From a virus, in the IMG/VR virus record IMGVR_UViG_3300025000_000065, positions 32,001-96,000 of that record: a stretch of DNA of 64,000 nt, one strand, 5' to 3'. Below are positions 1-9,751 of this stretch, one piece after another. The notes beneath the pieces were generated by a model. That model did not search any database. It saw only the letters and a program-made list of their open reading frames with translations, and had not been told where the DNA came from. Positions within the stretch are counted from its first letter, which is position 1, and every line of letters starts with the position of its first letter. The translations under genes were made by a program, and so were the position numbers.

Positions 1-2
1 TA

Positions 3-1574
3 AAGGGTTCATATCGAGATATCAAAAGTGTTTTTCAACGATCTCTTAATGAAATCAGTAAAGAAAGTGTTTTAACTGTATTGGAGTTGATTTCTCAGAA
101 TTCCTTATATAAAGGAGAAGAGTGGAAGTCGGTTTTAGAAAAATTTTTAACATTGAAAAAAGAATATGAAAAATTAAATACTGATACAGAAAAAAATAAT
201 TATGCTTGGACAAAATCTATTGATGTTGGAAGTGTCATTGGAAAAATTAGAAATCACAGCATTGGAACTCTTTTAGTTGATATTAGTGAAAATATGGATT
301 TAGATCAAGCAGTTAGACGGTATGAACAAATTGTTGCTCCAACAAATTATAAAAGACCTAAAGCAATTTTTACCAAACAAATGTTAGAAGATGCAAAAAA
401 AGAAATTGAGAAATTAGGTTATTTAGAATCTTTAAATCGCAGATATGCAAATTTAGATGACATTACTGTAAACAATATTTTATTTTCTAATAAAGATGCT
501 TCTAAAAGAATCTCTGGAAATGTTTTTGATGACTTAGTTTCTGATGTGGTTATTAGTCCAAAAAAGTTTTCAAAAATAGAAGAAGTTCCCGTAAATGATT
601 TTATTGAAAATGTTTTGCCAACAGCCAGAGAAATAGAAGTATTCTTTAAGAATAAGCATTCTCCTAATCTTGTGTCATTGATTGCTCCAGAAAATAAAAA
701 ATCACCTTCAATGTTTAAATGGGATAATTCTTTTGGATGGGCATATTCTGGAAACATTACTGATAGTTCAATGAAAGAAAGAGTTAAATCTGCTGGTGGG
801 AATGTAGAAGGAGTCCTGCGATTTTCAATTCAATGGAACGATACTCCGAATTCTCATGATAAAAATGATCTGGATGCTCATTGTCATGAACCACACGGCA
901 ACGTCATATCTTTTAGAAACATGAGCAATTATCGTACAACTGGAGTTTTGGATGTAGACATTAGGTTTCCGAATGAGGGAAGTCCTGCTGTTGAGAATAT
1001 TACATGGTCTAATTTATCTAAAATGGAAAATGGAAAATATGAATTTTTAGTTCATAATTTTGCCAACCGAGGAGGAAAAAACGGATTTAAAGCAGAAATA
1101 GAGTTTGAAGGAAATATTTATTCTTTTGAATATAATAAAGAATTACGACAGGAAGAAAAAGTTTTAGTGGCATATGTGCATCTTGAAAATGGATTATTTA
1201 GAATTGAAGAAAAAATTCCATCTAATTTATCGTCAAAACAGGTATGGAACATAAAAACCAATCAGTTTATTCCAGTTTCCGTTATTATGTTTTCACCTAA
1301 CTATTGGGATCAACAAAATGGAATTGGTCATCGTCATTACTTTTTCATGCTTAAAGATTGTGTAAATTCTGAATCTCCTCATGGATTCTATAATGAATTT
1401 TTGAAAGAAGATTTGATGAAACATAAAAGAGTTTTTGAAGCTCTTGGTGGAAAAATGTCCGTAAGAGAAATTAATGATCAATTATCGGGATTAGGATTTT
1501 CATCAACAAAAAGAAACGAACTGATTGTAAAAATTAAAAATCAATCAGAGAGAATATTAAAAATTAAATTTTAA
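3..1574 (+). CDS. Conserved phage protein with YfaP/DUF2135-like domain, 5'-truncated by window edge
   Basis: Frame open from base 3; motifs DLDAHCHEP, LDVD, AVENITW. Confidence 0.55.
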   Translation, partial: KGSYRDIKSVFQRSLNEISKESVLTVLELISQNSLYKGEEWKSVLEKFLTLKKEYEKLNTDTEKNNYAWTKSIDVGSVIGKIRNHSIGTLLVDISENMDLDQAVRRYEQIVAPTNYKRPKAIFTKQMLEDAKKEIEKLGYLESLNRRYANLDDITVNNILFSNKDASKRISGNVFDDLVSDVVISPKKFSKIEEVPVNDFIENVLPTAREIEVFFKNKHSPNLVSLIAPENKKSPSMFKWDNSFGWAYSGNITDSSMKERVKSAGGNVEGVLRFSIQWNDTPNSHDKNDLDAHCHEPHGNVISFRNMSNYRTTGVLDVDIRFPNEGSPAVENITWSNLSKMENGKYEFLVHNFANRGGKNGFKAEIEFEGNIYSFEYNKELRQEEKVLVAYVHLENGLFRIEEKIPSNLSSKQVWNIKTNQFIPVSVIMFSPNYWDQQNGIGHRHYFFMLKDCVNSESPHGFYNEFLKEDLMKHKRVFEALGGKMSVREINDQLSGLGFSSTKRNELIVKIKNQSERILKIKF

Positions 1575-1587
1575 AAGGAGATAAAAA

Positions 1588-1983
1588 ATGAGTACAAATA
1601 ATAATCAAATGTTTGAAGTAGCAAGTCGTATGAAATTTCGGTTTCAATTTATGGGAGTTTTATCAGTAGAAGATTTATGGGATTTGCCATTAACTTCTTT
1701 AGACAAAATTTTTAAAGAATTAAACTCTCAGGTAAAGCAATCACAAGAAGAAAGTTTGCTTGAAACAAGAACAAAGAGCGATGAAGAATTAGAACACAAA
1801 ATTGAAATTATAAAACATATTGTGTCAGTTCGATTAGAAGAAAACGAAAAGAAACGAAGAGCAAAAGAACGCAAACAACAAAAAGAAAAAATCATGGAAA
1901 TCATGGCAAATAAACAAGATGAAAGTTTGCAGAGTAAATCTTTGGAAGAATTGTCTTCTATGCTCAACGAATTAGAAGGATAA
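1588..1983 (+). CDS. Conserved phage coiled-coil protein
   Basis: AGGAG RBS; LSVEDLWDL motif; helical C-terminus. Confidence 0.6.
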   Translation: MSTNNNQMFEVASRMKFRFQFMGVLSVEDLWDLPLTSLDKIFKELNSQVKQSQEESLLETRTKSDEELEHKIEIIKHIVSVRLEENEKKRRAKERKQQKEKIMEIMANKQDESLQSKSLEELSSMLNELEG

Positions 1984-2000
1984 GAAACAATATAATAAAA

Positions 2001-2038
2001 AATAAATAGAATCAGACTAATCTCTGATTCTATTTATT
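2001..2038 (+). terminator. Intrinsic terminator hairpin
   Basis: AATAAATAGAATCAGA-ctaatc-TCTGATTCTATTTATT, 16-bp inverted repeat after stop. Confidence 0.75.
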
Positions 2039-2039
2039 A

Positions 2040-2059
2040 AATAAAAGAACGATTTTATT
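2040..2059. repeat. Palindrome AATAAAA-N6-TTTTATT, copy 1. Other exact copies start at 6185, 6511, 7963, 19070, 22580, 42313, 58866; 1-mismatch copies at 4806, 6544, 7738, 14327, 38389, 54691
   Basis: aataaaa gaacga ttttatt; copies read directly from the sequence. Confidence 0.85.
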
Positions 2060-2071
2060 ATAAATTCCTTA

Positions 2072-2100
2072 TTGACTTTATTTTATATTAATGCTAAAAT
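2072..2100 (+). promoter_or_regulatory. Sigma70/SigA-type promoter
   Basis: TTGACT-17-TAAAAT with extended -10 TG. Confidence 0.8.
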
Positions 2101-2137
2101 CTTTATATAAAAATAATTAAATGAAAGGAAAAATATT

Positions 2138-2572
2138 ATGGATGATAAAGAAAAAATTGAGTTTTTAGAACGCATTGTACAATCAAAAGATCTTTATTCT
2201 GAGGGACTGAGAAAACAAATAGAATTACAAGAAAAAGACCTTATTGAATTACGTAAAGCTAAAGATCGGGATGCTTTAAAACTTTACGGAGAAGGCATAT
2301 TTAAAGGAACTGAAATAGGGGAAAAAGCTCTTGGAGAATCGTTGTATTTTCATCCTTCTTATCATCATAAAAATAATCTTGGACAAATAGGTTTTCATAC
2401 AATTACCGTTGCTCCAGTAGCAGGAATGGTTTATTTAGGAGGATATGAATCTTATGAAGAAAGAAAACTAACATCTAGTTGTACTAGCTTTTGGTTAACC
2501 AGGGAAGAAACAATGATCTTGATAAAAGGTTTGGCAGAAGCAGTAGAAATGATTGAAAAGGGTGAGGAATAA
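2138..2572 (+). CDS. Hypothetical protein
   Basis: ORF with RBS downstream of promoter. Confidence 0.6.
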   Translation: MDDKEKIEFLERIVQSKDLYSEGLRKQIELQEKDLIELRKAKDRDALKLYGEGIFKGTEIGEKALGESLYFHPSYHHKNNLGQIGFHTITVAPVAGMVYLGGYESYEERKLTSSCTSFWLTREETMILIKGLAEAVEMIEKGEE

Positions 2573-2575
2573 ATT

Positions 2576-2932
2576 ATGAATGATAAATTTGAAAAAGATG
2601 AAATTGTAATAATTGATTATTCACAGTATGGAAGAATGAATTTCAGAAAAGGAAAAATTATTGAAGTTACAAAAGCTGGAAATTATAAGGTTTTAGAAGA
2701 CGGAAAAGAAAAATATGAAATTTTCACTCCGTTTGGAAAACTTCGTGGTGATAAAGATTGGAATTCAACATACATTAGGAAATTTTCTCAAGATTTATGG
2801 GATAAATTTTTAAGGCAACAAGAAAAATTAAATATTATTTATAAAATTCAAAAAGTAGTTTTTAAAAATTTTAATATTGAAGATTTAAGAGAAATAGAAA
2901 AAATTATTAAGAAATATGAAAGTCAAGAATAA
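2576..2932 (+). CDS. Hypothetical protein (small SH3-like beta-barrel)
   Basis: FEKDEIVII..GKIIEVTKAG pattern. Confidence 0.5.
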   Translation: MNDKFEKDEIVIIDYSQYGRMNFRKGKIIEVTKAGNYKVLEDGKEKYEIFTPFGKLRGDKDWNSTYIRKFSQDLWDKFLRQQEKLNIIYKIQKVVFKNFNIEDLREIEKIIKKYESQE

Positions 2933-3067
2933 AATACAAATAAAAATCAAAAGGAGAATAGAAATGCAAAAACTAAAAGATTTAGCTGACATGTATATGG
3001 AGACTATTATCTCAATCGTAATCATAATAATATTTTTTACTTTGATTATTCTTTTTGGAGGATTAAA

Positions 3068-4072
3068 ATGAAAAAGATATTACTAACTGGTGGAGCTGGT
3101 TTTATTGGAAGTCATACAATTGAACATTTTTTACGTAATACAGATATGGAAATATATGTTATTGATAGATTGAGTTATGCAGGTAATCTTAATCGTTTAG
3201 TAGAAATGGATATTTGGGAAAAGGAAAAGACAAGAGTTCACTTTATATATCATGATTTTAGATCTGCCTTTCCGTTTTTTATTAAAAAACAATTGTCTGA
3301 AATAGAATATATTATTCACATGGGAGGCGAAACTCATGTTGCAAATTCTTTTAAATATCCAAAAATATTCCTTGAATCAAATGTTATTGGAACAATGAAC
3401 GTATTAGATTTGGCAAGAGAAATAAATCCGTCTTTATTTGTTTACGTAAGCACCGATGAAGTTTATGGTGCTGTTGTTGGTGATAAGTTACATGTAGAAG
3501 GTGAACCACACAGACCTAGTAATCCTTACTCTGCAAGTAAATCAGGTGGTGAAGCTATTGTTCATTCATATTGGAAATCGTTTGGAGTTCCAATGATTAT
3601 TACCAACACGATGAATAATTTTGGACAAAGACAAGATCCTGAAAAATTTGTACCAAAAACAATGTTGAATATTTTACAAAATAAAACAGTGGATATTCAT
3701 TGCGCCACAGATTCTAAAAATGGAAAAGTAATTGACATTTCTTCTCGATGTTGGTTACACGCTCGTAATCATGCAGATGCATTATTATTTTTATTAGAAC
3801 ATAGTACAATTGGAGAACGCTATAACATTGTAGGTGAACGAAGAAATGTATACGAACTTGCTCAAATGATTGCTACTGCATTAGGAAAAAATAATTTTAA
3901 TTATGATTATGTTCCTTTTCATTCTTATTCTCCAGGTCATGATATGCATTATGGTTTAGATGGTACAAAAATGAAAGAACTTGGTTGGATTCCTCCTGTT
4001 CCATTTGAGAATAGTCTTGAAAAAACCGTACAATGGACTAAAGATAATCCCAAATGGTTGGGATTAGATTAA
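3068..4072 (+). CDS. rfbB: dTDP-glucose 4,6-dehydratase (extended SDR)
   Basis: TGGAGFIG, SYAGN, ETHV, STDEVYG, PYSASK, NNFG.RQ.PEK. Confidence 0.88.
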   Translation: MKKILLTGGAGFIGSHTIEHFLRNTDMEIYVIDRLSYAGNLNRLVEMDIWEKEKTRVHFIYHDFRSAFPFFIKKQLSEIEYIIHMGGETHVANSFKYPKIFLESNVIGTMNVLDLAREINPSLFVYVSTDEVYGAVVGDKLHVEGEPHRPSNPYSASKSGGEAIVHSYWKSFGVPMIITNTMNNFGQRQDPEKFVPKTMLNILQNKTVDIHCATDSKNGKVIDISSRCWLHARNHADALLFLLEHSTIGERYNIVGERRNVYELAQMIATALGKNNFNYDYVPFHSYSPGHDMHYGLDGTKMKELGWIPPVPFENSLEKTVQWTKDNPKWLGLD

Positions 4073-4096
4073 AAATAAATAAGCAAGGATGAAACC

Positions 4097-4345
4097 ATGA
4101 TCAATAAAAATAATAAAACAATATGTGATCGTCATACCAATATCTTAGAGATTGCGGAAGAGTGTGTTAGAATGAAATTTCATGAAGAATCTGCTGAAGA
4201 AGATTTTAATTATTTTATCAATAAAATGGATGATATTCATCGGTTAGCAAGACAAGCTTTAGATGATGGTCAAAATATGGAAGATAGGTTATATGAATAT
4301 AAAACCGCCATTGAGGAATTGGGATTTACAAGGAACAAAAAATAG
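4097..4345 (+). CDS. Hypothetical protein
   Basis: ORF in operon context. Confidence 0.5.
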   Translation: MINKNNKTICDRHTNILEIAEECVRMKFHEESAEEDFNYFINKMDDIHRLARQALDDGQNMEDRLYEYKTAIEELGFTRNKK

Positions 4346-4401
4346 TATATAATACCAATGAAAACAAATATGTCAATGATTTCACTGTGAATGAAATCAT
4401 T
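4325..4401 (+). promoter_or_regulatory. Sigma70 promoter followed by perfect 10-bp inverted repeat (putative operator)
   Basis: TTTACA(4325)-17-TATAAT(4348); AATGATTTCA-7-TGAAATCATT at 4375-4401. Confidence 0.6.
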
Positions 4402-4423
4402 TCCAAAAAAAGGAGAATATGTT

Positions 4424-4810
4424 ATGAGATTATGGCATGAAAGTTTATTAGATAAATTACCAAGACAACAGGTGTTAGGACTTCACAGAGAAATTTGTGC
4501 CCTCAGGGGGAACGGATGGGGAAAGAAACATAGCGTAGTGGATTACGTTTTTGAAAATCCTTATTTGAAATTAGTTGCCTATCATATGCGAGTAATGGCA
4601 GAAATGGAACGAAGAGGATATATTGTTGATTCCGAATGGAAAGAATATACTTATCGAGGCAAGAATTTAAAACATGATAGTTATAATAGTGAGGATGTGG
4701 CTGTCCTACAAGTGTATCTAAAGCGTTTTCCAGTGTATTCTGAGCATAATGAGGCATATTTACAAGAATGCTTGGATAATCTGTCTAAAAAGGGCGCAAA
4801 ATTACTATAA
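4424..4810 (+). CDS. Pyrimidine-dimer DNA glycosylase-like protein (TIGR02328 family)
   Basis: MRLWH..LPRQQVLGLHREICALRGNGWGKKHSVVDYVF..YSEHNEAYLQECLDNL. Confidence 0.8.
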   Translation: MRLWHESLLDKLPRQQVLGLHREICALRGNGWGKKHSVVDYVFENPYLKLVAYHMRVMAEMERRGYIVDSEWKEYTYRGKNLKHDSYNSEDVAVLQVYLKRFPVYSEHNEAYLQECLDNLSKKGAKLL

Positions 4811-4842
4811 AAGCATGATTTTATTAGGAAAGAAGATAACGT

Positions 4843-5289
4843 ATGATCGTTGAATGGATTGAAAAATGCAAAGAATGTAAAGGAACTGGAATCTATGTTG
4901 GAGTAGCTGAAAATTATAGTGACTATGGAGTTATATGTTCTGTATGTAAAGGATCTGGAAAAAGACATAGAAAATTTGAATATGAAGAATTCACTAAAAA
5001 AGAATTTGCCAATGTAAATAAAGTTTTAGAAGTTAATCCAGGAATTATTATTGGAAAAACATGTTGGGATGCTGGTGGAATTCATTATATTGATTGGTAT
5101 AATGGCAAAGAATTTCCTATTGGATCAGAAATGAGAAATTATGTTTGTCCTTCCTGGTGGTTTCAATGTGCTGATTATAGCAAAAAACCAAAATGGAAAA
5201 AATGTGTTTCTGGTAGATTCTCCGATTGTAAACATTTTAAAAACAAAGATCATTGTTGGAAAAAATGGGATGAGGAAAATAAAAAATGA
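4843..5289 (+). CDS. Cys-rich protein with DnaJ-like Zn-finger repeats
   Basis: CKECKGTG and CSVCKGSG (CxxCxGxG). Confidence 0.55.
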   Translation: MIVEWIEKCKECKGTGIYVGVAENYSDYGVICSVCKGSGKRHRKFEYEEFTKKEFANVNKVLEVNPGIIIGKTCWDAGGIHYIDWYNGKEFPIGSEMRNYVCPSWWFQCADYSKKPKWKKCVSGRFSDCKHFKNKDHCWKKWDEENKK

Positions 5290-5492
5290 CATCAAAAGAA
5301 AAGCAAAAATTAATAAAAAAATCACTTAATTATGGTAAAAAAGAATCGGAAATGACTTTACAACAGATTAAAGATAAATATTTCCCCAATAGAAATTTAA
5401 ATGATTTGAGGGGAGTTATAAAAAAAGAAAATCCAATAATGGATAAAATTAATGAAATTATTAAGGAGAAGAAAAATGAAGACTTGTACTGA
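5286..5492 (+). CDS. Hypothetical protein
   Basis: ATGA overlap with previous gene. Confidence 0.45.
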   Translation: MTSKEKQKLIKKSLNYGKKESEMTLQQIKDKYFPNRNLNDLRGVIKKENPIMDKINEIIKEKKNEDLY

Positions 5493-5802
5493 TGAAAATA
5501 AAGGATGGACATACAATGATGGTCGCTGTGAAAAATGTGGAAAACCATTTGTTTATGTCGGAGACGTTCCTCTAGGTGGATTTACTAAAGGTTTAGAACC
5601 CTATTGTACCTGTAATCAAAATGCAATCAGTATAAATTCGGATTTCCTAAGCTTATTTAATAATCAAGGTTGGACTTGTCCTAAATGTGGAAAAGTATTT
5701 TCTCCTAGTATTATTGAATGTATATATTGTAATAGAATAACTGTTACAACTACGAAAACAGATACTTATAATCTTGAAATTCATACAAAAAATCATGACT
5801 GA
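5476..5802 (+). CDS. Zn-ribbon protein
   Basis: AAGGAG RBS; CEKC, GWTCPKCGKVFSP, CIYC. Confidence 0.55.
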   Translation: MKTCTDENKGWTYNDGRCEKCGKPFVYVGDVPLGGFTKGLEPYCTCNQNAISINSDFLSLFNNQGWTCPKCGKVFSPSIIECIYCNRITVTTTKTDTYNLEIHTKNHD

Positions 5803-6076
5803 AAAAATAATAATTGAAAATTTTACTGATGTAATTTGTAAATCATGTGATTCTTGTGGAGTAACTGAGTGTTGCCCACCTTTCCAATGTTTGAAAAAGG
5901 CAGTTCAATTAAATAATAGATGTTCATTTGGGGAAACATATTTAAAAGAAGTTGAATTATATTATTTGTTAGGAAAGACATTGCATGATTTAATTTTGGA
6001 AAAAGGAAATATGAAAAATGTTCGTGTGGTAAAAAATATGTATGATGGTTTACACAAGAAAATATATAATGAATAA
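5795..6076 (+). CDS. Hypothetical Cys-rich protein
   Basis: CKSCDSCG..CCPP..C. Confidence 0.45.
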   Translation: MTEKIIIENFTDVICKSCDSCGVTECCPPFQCLKKAVQLNNRCSFGETYLKEVELYYLLGKTLHDLILEKGNMKNVRVVKNMYDGLHKKIYNE

Positions 6077-6202
6077 AATAAAAAATCCTTATTTAAAATA
6101 TTTTATTGAGCGATATTAAACCAGAAAAGATAAAGAAGAAAAATTTGTTAATTGGGATTATAATAGATTGATGAATAAAACAGTAATAAAAGAAGTGTTT
6201 TA

Positions 6203-6523
6203 TTGGAAAAATTTAAAAGGAGATTCATGAATCAAGATCTATGGTTTTTGAAAGAGCAATATGATTTGCTAGAAGAATCAGCAGATAGGAACTTAGATAT
6301 ATTGCGTAAAATGAATGACTATTTTGGAAAATTCATCATTATGCCACAATTTTTAGCTCTTCTTATTATGAAAAGTAAAAAATATAAAAGGTTAGATAAA
6401 GAATTTGACTTAATATCTGCTAGACATAATAATGAACGAGCAACCCTTAAAATATTACAGAAAATGATTCATGAAATTTTAAATTCATCTATGATAATTG
6501 AAATTAATAAAATAAAATTTTAG
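6203..6523 (+). CDS. Hypothetical protein flanked by two palindromic sites
   Basis: ORF between sites at 6185 and 6511; real start probably the internal ATG after AGGAG. Confidence 0.5.
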   Translation: MEKFKRRFMNQDLWFLKEQYDLLEESADRNLDILRKMNDYFGKFIIMPQFLALLIMKSKKYKRLDKEFDLISARHNNERATLKILQKMIHEILNSSMIIEINKIKF

Positions 6524-6572
6524 TTTTATTAGATTTAAAAACCAATAGAATGATGGTTTTATTAGGAGTAAC

Positions 6573-6776
6573 ATGGGCGATTATATGAAAATGGAAGATT
6601 TTTTAAGATTTGTAGAAAAAGGATATTTAATTGATCATGATGGTTTAGGATATTTATGTTCTTCTGAAAACACGAAAACAGATCCCAAAATTTTAATTTA
6701 TCCTTCTGATGTGAATTATAAATTTGATAAAGAATATTTAAATACATTTCCTGGTGTTATATGGTACAATAGATAA
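6573..6776 (+). CDS. Hypothetical protein
   Basis: AGGAG RBS; LIDHDGLG..VIWYNR. Confidence 0.55.
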   Translation: MGDYMKMEDFLRFVEKGYLIDHDGLGYLCSSENTKTDPKILIYPSDVNYKFDKEYLNTFPGVIWYNR

Positions 6777-6787
6777 AAGGAGAAAAT

Positions 6788-7735
6788 ATGGAAGTTAAAA
6801 AATCGCCAGATAAAGTTTTAGTTACCGGAGGAGCTGGATTTATTGGATCGCACATTGTAGATACATTAATCGAAAACTTTTATGATGTAATTATTGTAGA
6901 TGATTTGAGTAGTGGAAAATTAGAAAACATAAATAAAAAAGCAGATTTTTATCTTTGTGATATTTTTTCTAAAACAATATTACAAAATGTATTTGAAGAA
7001 ACTCATCCTGATTACGTTATTCATCATGCAGCACAATCCACAGTAGTAAAATCTATGAGTGATCCCGTTTCAGATGCTCAAACAAATATTATTGGAACTT
7101 TAAATTTATTAGAATTATCTAAAGAGTTTAAAATTAAAAAATTTATTTATGCTGGTTCTGGTGGAACAGCTTATGGAAATCCAAGCTATCTTCCATGTGA
7201 TGAAAACCATCCAGTAAATCCAATTTCCCCTTATGGTATTTCAAAACATACAGTGGAACATTATTTAAATTTTTATCATAATCAATATGGATTGGAATAT
7301 ATATCTTTTCGTTATCCTAATATTTATGGAGAGAGACAAGATCCATCAACTGAAGCAGGTGTAATATCCATTTTTGCAAAACAAATGTTACAAAATAAAG
7401 AAGTGATTATCTATGGAAATGGCTTACAAAGCAGAGATTTTGTTTATGTAAAAGATATTGCTAGAGCTAATTTATTGGCATTAGAAAACAACAATATTCC
7501 TTCGGGAATTTATAATATAGGATGGGGTCATGGAACTACAATTGATTTAGTTTATGAGACATTAAAAGTTATCACAAGATATAAAAAGAATCCTATCAAT
7601 AAACCAGAAAGAAAAGGCGAGGTTTACAGGACATTTTTAGATGGTGAAAAATTTAGAAAATATACCTGGTGGCAACCTGAAGTTAGTTTATCTCAGGGTT
7701 GTATGTGGGTTGTTGATTGGATGAAAAGAAATTAG
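6788..7735 (+). CDS. NAD-dependent sugar epimerase (UDP-glucose 4-epimerase-like)
   Basis: TGGAGFIGSH, DDLSSG, HHAAQ, SPYGISK, RYPNIYG, RDFVYV. Confidence 0.88.
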   Translation: MEVKKSPDKVLVTGGAGFIGSHIVDTLIENFYDVIIVDDLSSGKLENINKKADFYLCDIFSKTILQNVFEETHPDYVIHHAAQSTVVKSMSDPVSDAQTNIIGTLNLLELSKEFKIKKFIYAGSGGTAYGNPSYLPCDENHPVNPISPYGISKHTVEHYLNFYHNQYGLEYISFRYPNIYGERQDPSTEAGVISIFAKQMLQNKEVIIYGNGLQSRDFVYVKDIARANLLALENNNIPSGIYNIGWGHGTTIDLVYETLKVITRYKKNPINKPERKGEVYRTFLDGEKFRKYTWWQPEVSLSQGCMWVVDWMKRN

Positions 7736-7778
7736 TAAATGAAATATTGGTTTTATTATAAAGAAAGGAATAATTTAA

Positions 7779-7958
7779 ATGACTGAAAATAAAGTTTTTA
7801 TAATTTTTTGTTACTATACTGTTCTTTATATAATTCTAGCATCTATTTTAAAGAGTGTACGTTCAGATATTTCAGACATAAGTTTTGTCATAGGATATTG
7901 TCTTTTTGTTGTATTGGGAATGCTAAAAGATATTATTAATTTTTCCAAAGATTTTTAA
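7779..7958 (+). CDS. Small membrane protein (59 aa, below ORF-track cutoff)
   Basis: AAAGGA RBS; two hydrophobic stretches; bracketed by sites at 7738 and 7963. Confidence 0.55.
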   Translation: MTENKVFIIFCYYTVLYIILASILKSVRSDISDISFVIGYCLFVVLGMLKDIINFSKDF

Positions 7959-7998
7959 ATATAATAAAAAATTGATTTTATTGGAAAGGAAATGAGAA

Positions 7999-8928
7999 TT
8001 GAACAATAACATCATTACATTAATTTTCTCAAAAAATAGATCATTACAATTATCATTACTTTTAGATAGTTTTTACAATCAATGTTTGCAACCAAACGCT
8101 ACTGATATCTATGTGGTTTATGCCTACGATCAAGAATACAGAAATTCATATCATCAATTGATCGAAGAACAAAAAGAAAAAGAAAGAAATAATATTCAGT
8201 TTATTGATGAAAATTGTTTTGTTTCTTTTAAATCATCTTTTGTTTATGAAACAAAAAATTATGAATATATAATGTTTTTAGTGGACGATAATATTTTTAC
8301 TAATAAATTTGATTTATCACAAATTAAAAGTTTATTGGAATATAATATTGATGCTGTTGGATTTAGTTTAAGGTTAGGAAAAAATACAAAAAATTGTTAT
8401 CCATTAAAAAAAGAGCAAGAAATTCCAAAAAGTATTGAACATCGTCATATTATAAATTTTTCTTCTTTGCATTTCATTGAAGAAAAGGGACTATTTAAAG
8501 AAGTTGATTTTGCTACTTTCGCTTTTGATTGGACTAAATCACAGTTGGATTTCAATTATGCTTTAGAGATTAGCTCAAGTATTTATAGAATAAAAGATGT
8601 TCGTGCCTTATTAGAAAATTTTAGATATAAAAATCCTAATGAATTAGAAGCACAGTTATATGCTAATTTGTGGCAATTCTATAATAAACCAAAACTATTG
8701 TCATATTATAGAAGTGTTGCTTTTTGTGCTCCAATGAATAAAGTACAAAATGTAGCCTTAAATAATAGATTTAGCAATATCAATATATACGATTCTAATA
8801 ACATGCTAAAAATGTATGAAAATGGCTTTAGAATTGATTGGAAAAAGTTTGATGGATTTACAAGCAATGGATGTCATCAAGAAGTAGAACTATATACTAT
8901 GGAGGAATTTGAAAAATATGGCATATAA
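7999..8928 (+). CDS. Putative GT-A glycosyltransferase
   Basis: IFSKNR.LQL..LL.S, FLVDD, FSLRLG, PNELE. Confidence 0.65.
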   Translation: MNNNIITLIFSKNRSLQLSLLLDSFYNQCLQPNATDIYVVYAYDQEYRNSYHQLIEEQKEKERNNIQFIDENCFVSFKSSFVYETKNYEYIMFLVDDNIFTNKFDLSQIKSLLEYNIDAVGFSLRLGKNTKNCYPLKKEQEIPKSIEHRHIINFSSLHFIEEKGLFKEVDFATFAFDWTKSQLDFNYALEISSSIYRIKDVRALLENFRYKNPNELEAQLYANLWQFYNKPKLLSYYRSVAFCAPMNKVQNVALNNRFSNINIYDSNNMLKMYENGFRIDWKKFDGFTSNGCHQEVELYTMEEFEKYGI

Positions 8929-9751
8929 AAAGAATTTTGTTTCAATTATTATTCCTTACTATAATTACAGTCAATATATAGATCAATGTTTAGAGAGTAT
9001 TTCAAAACAAACATATAAAAAATTTGAAGTAATTATTGTTGATGATCATAGCAACTTAGAAGAACATCATAAACTTTTAGAAATTAAAGCAAAATATTGG
9101 AAAAAAATGGATGTATCTCTTTATTGGAATATAGAAAATTTAGGATTGACACTTACAAGAAATAAAGGGGTAGAAAACAGTAAGGGAGAATTTATTTTAT
9201 TTTTAGATCCCGATGATAATATTCATGAGGACTACTTATTAAAAACAACCAAAACTTTAAAACAAAATCCCGAAATTGGTTTTGCATATGTAAACACAAG
9301 ATACTTTGGAGGAGAAAATAAAGTATTCTCACAACCAGAATATAACTTTTATAGATTGATTAATGCTGGAAATTTTATTTCTTATTGTAGCTTGATTAGG
9401 AAAAAAGCATTTATAGAATCAGGTGGATTTAATTTAGAGAATTGGTCTTATTTGGAGGACTATGAGTTGATAATCAGGTTATCTCGAAAGGGATGGTATG
9501 GAAAATTAGTTCCAGAAGTTTTATTCAATTATTATGTACACGAAGATTCAGCTATTCATTCTGGTTTTACTGCTGAAGCACAAAAATTATTTTATGCCTA
9601 TTTTATAAAAAAATATCATGAGTTATATCCTGAACAGTTGCAAGCAGAAGCAGATAAAATTTTACAAGATGTTCCTAAAAACTTTATGTCTTTGCCAAAA
9701 TCTGAAAATGAAAGGTGGTGGAATGAGTGGAAAAAGAATCATATCCGTTAG
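8909..9751 (+). CDS. GT2 glycosyltransferase
   Basis: VSIIIPYYN, IVDDHS, RNKG, FLDPDD, EDYE. Confidence 0.9.
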   Translation: MKNMAYKKNFVSIIIPYYNYSQYIDQCLESISKQTYKKFEVIIVDDHSNLEEHHKLLEIKAKYWKKMDVSLYWNIENLGLTLTRNKGVENSKGEFILFLDPDDNIHEDYLLKTTKTLKQNPEIGFAYVNTRYFGGENKVFSQPEYNFYRLINAGNFISYCSLIRKKAFIESGGFNLENWSYLEDYELIIRLSRKGWYGKLVPEVLFNYYVHEDSAIHSGFTAEAQKLFYAYFIKKYHELYPEQLQAEADKILQDVPKNFMSLPKSENERWWNEWKKNHIR

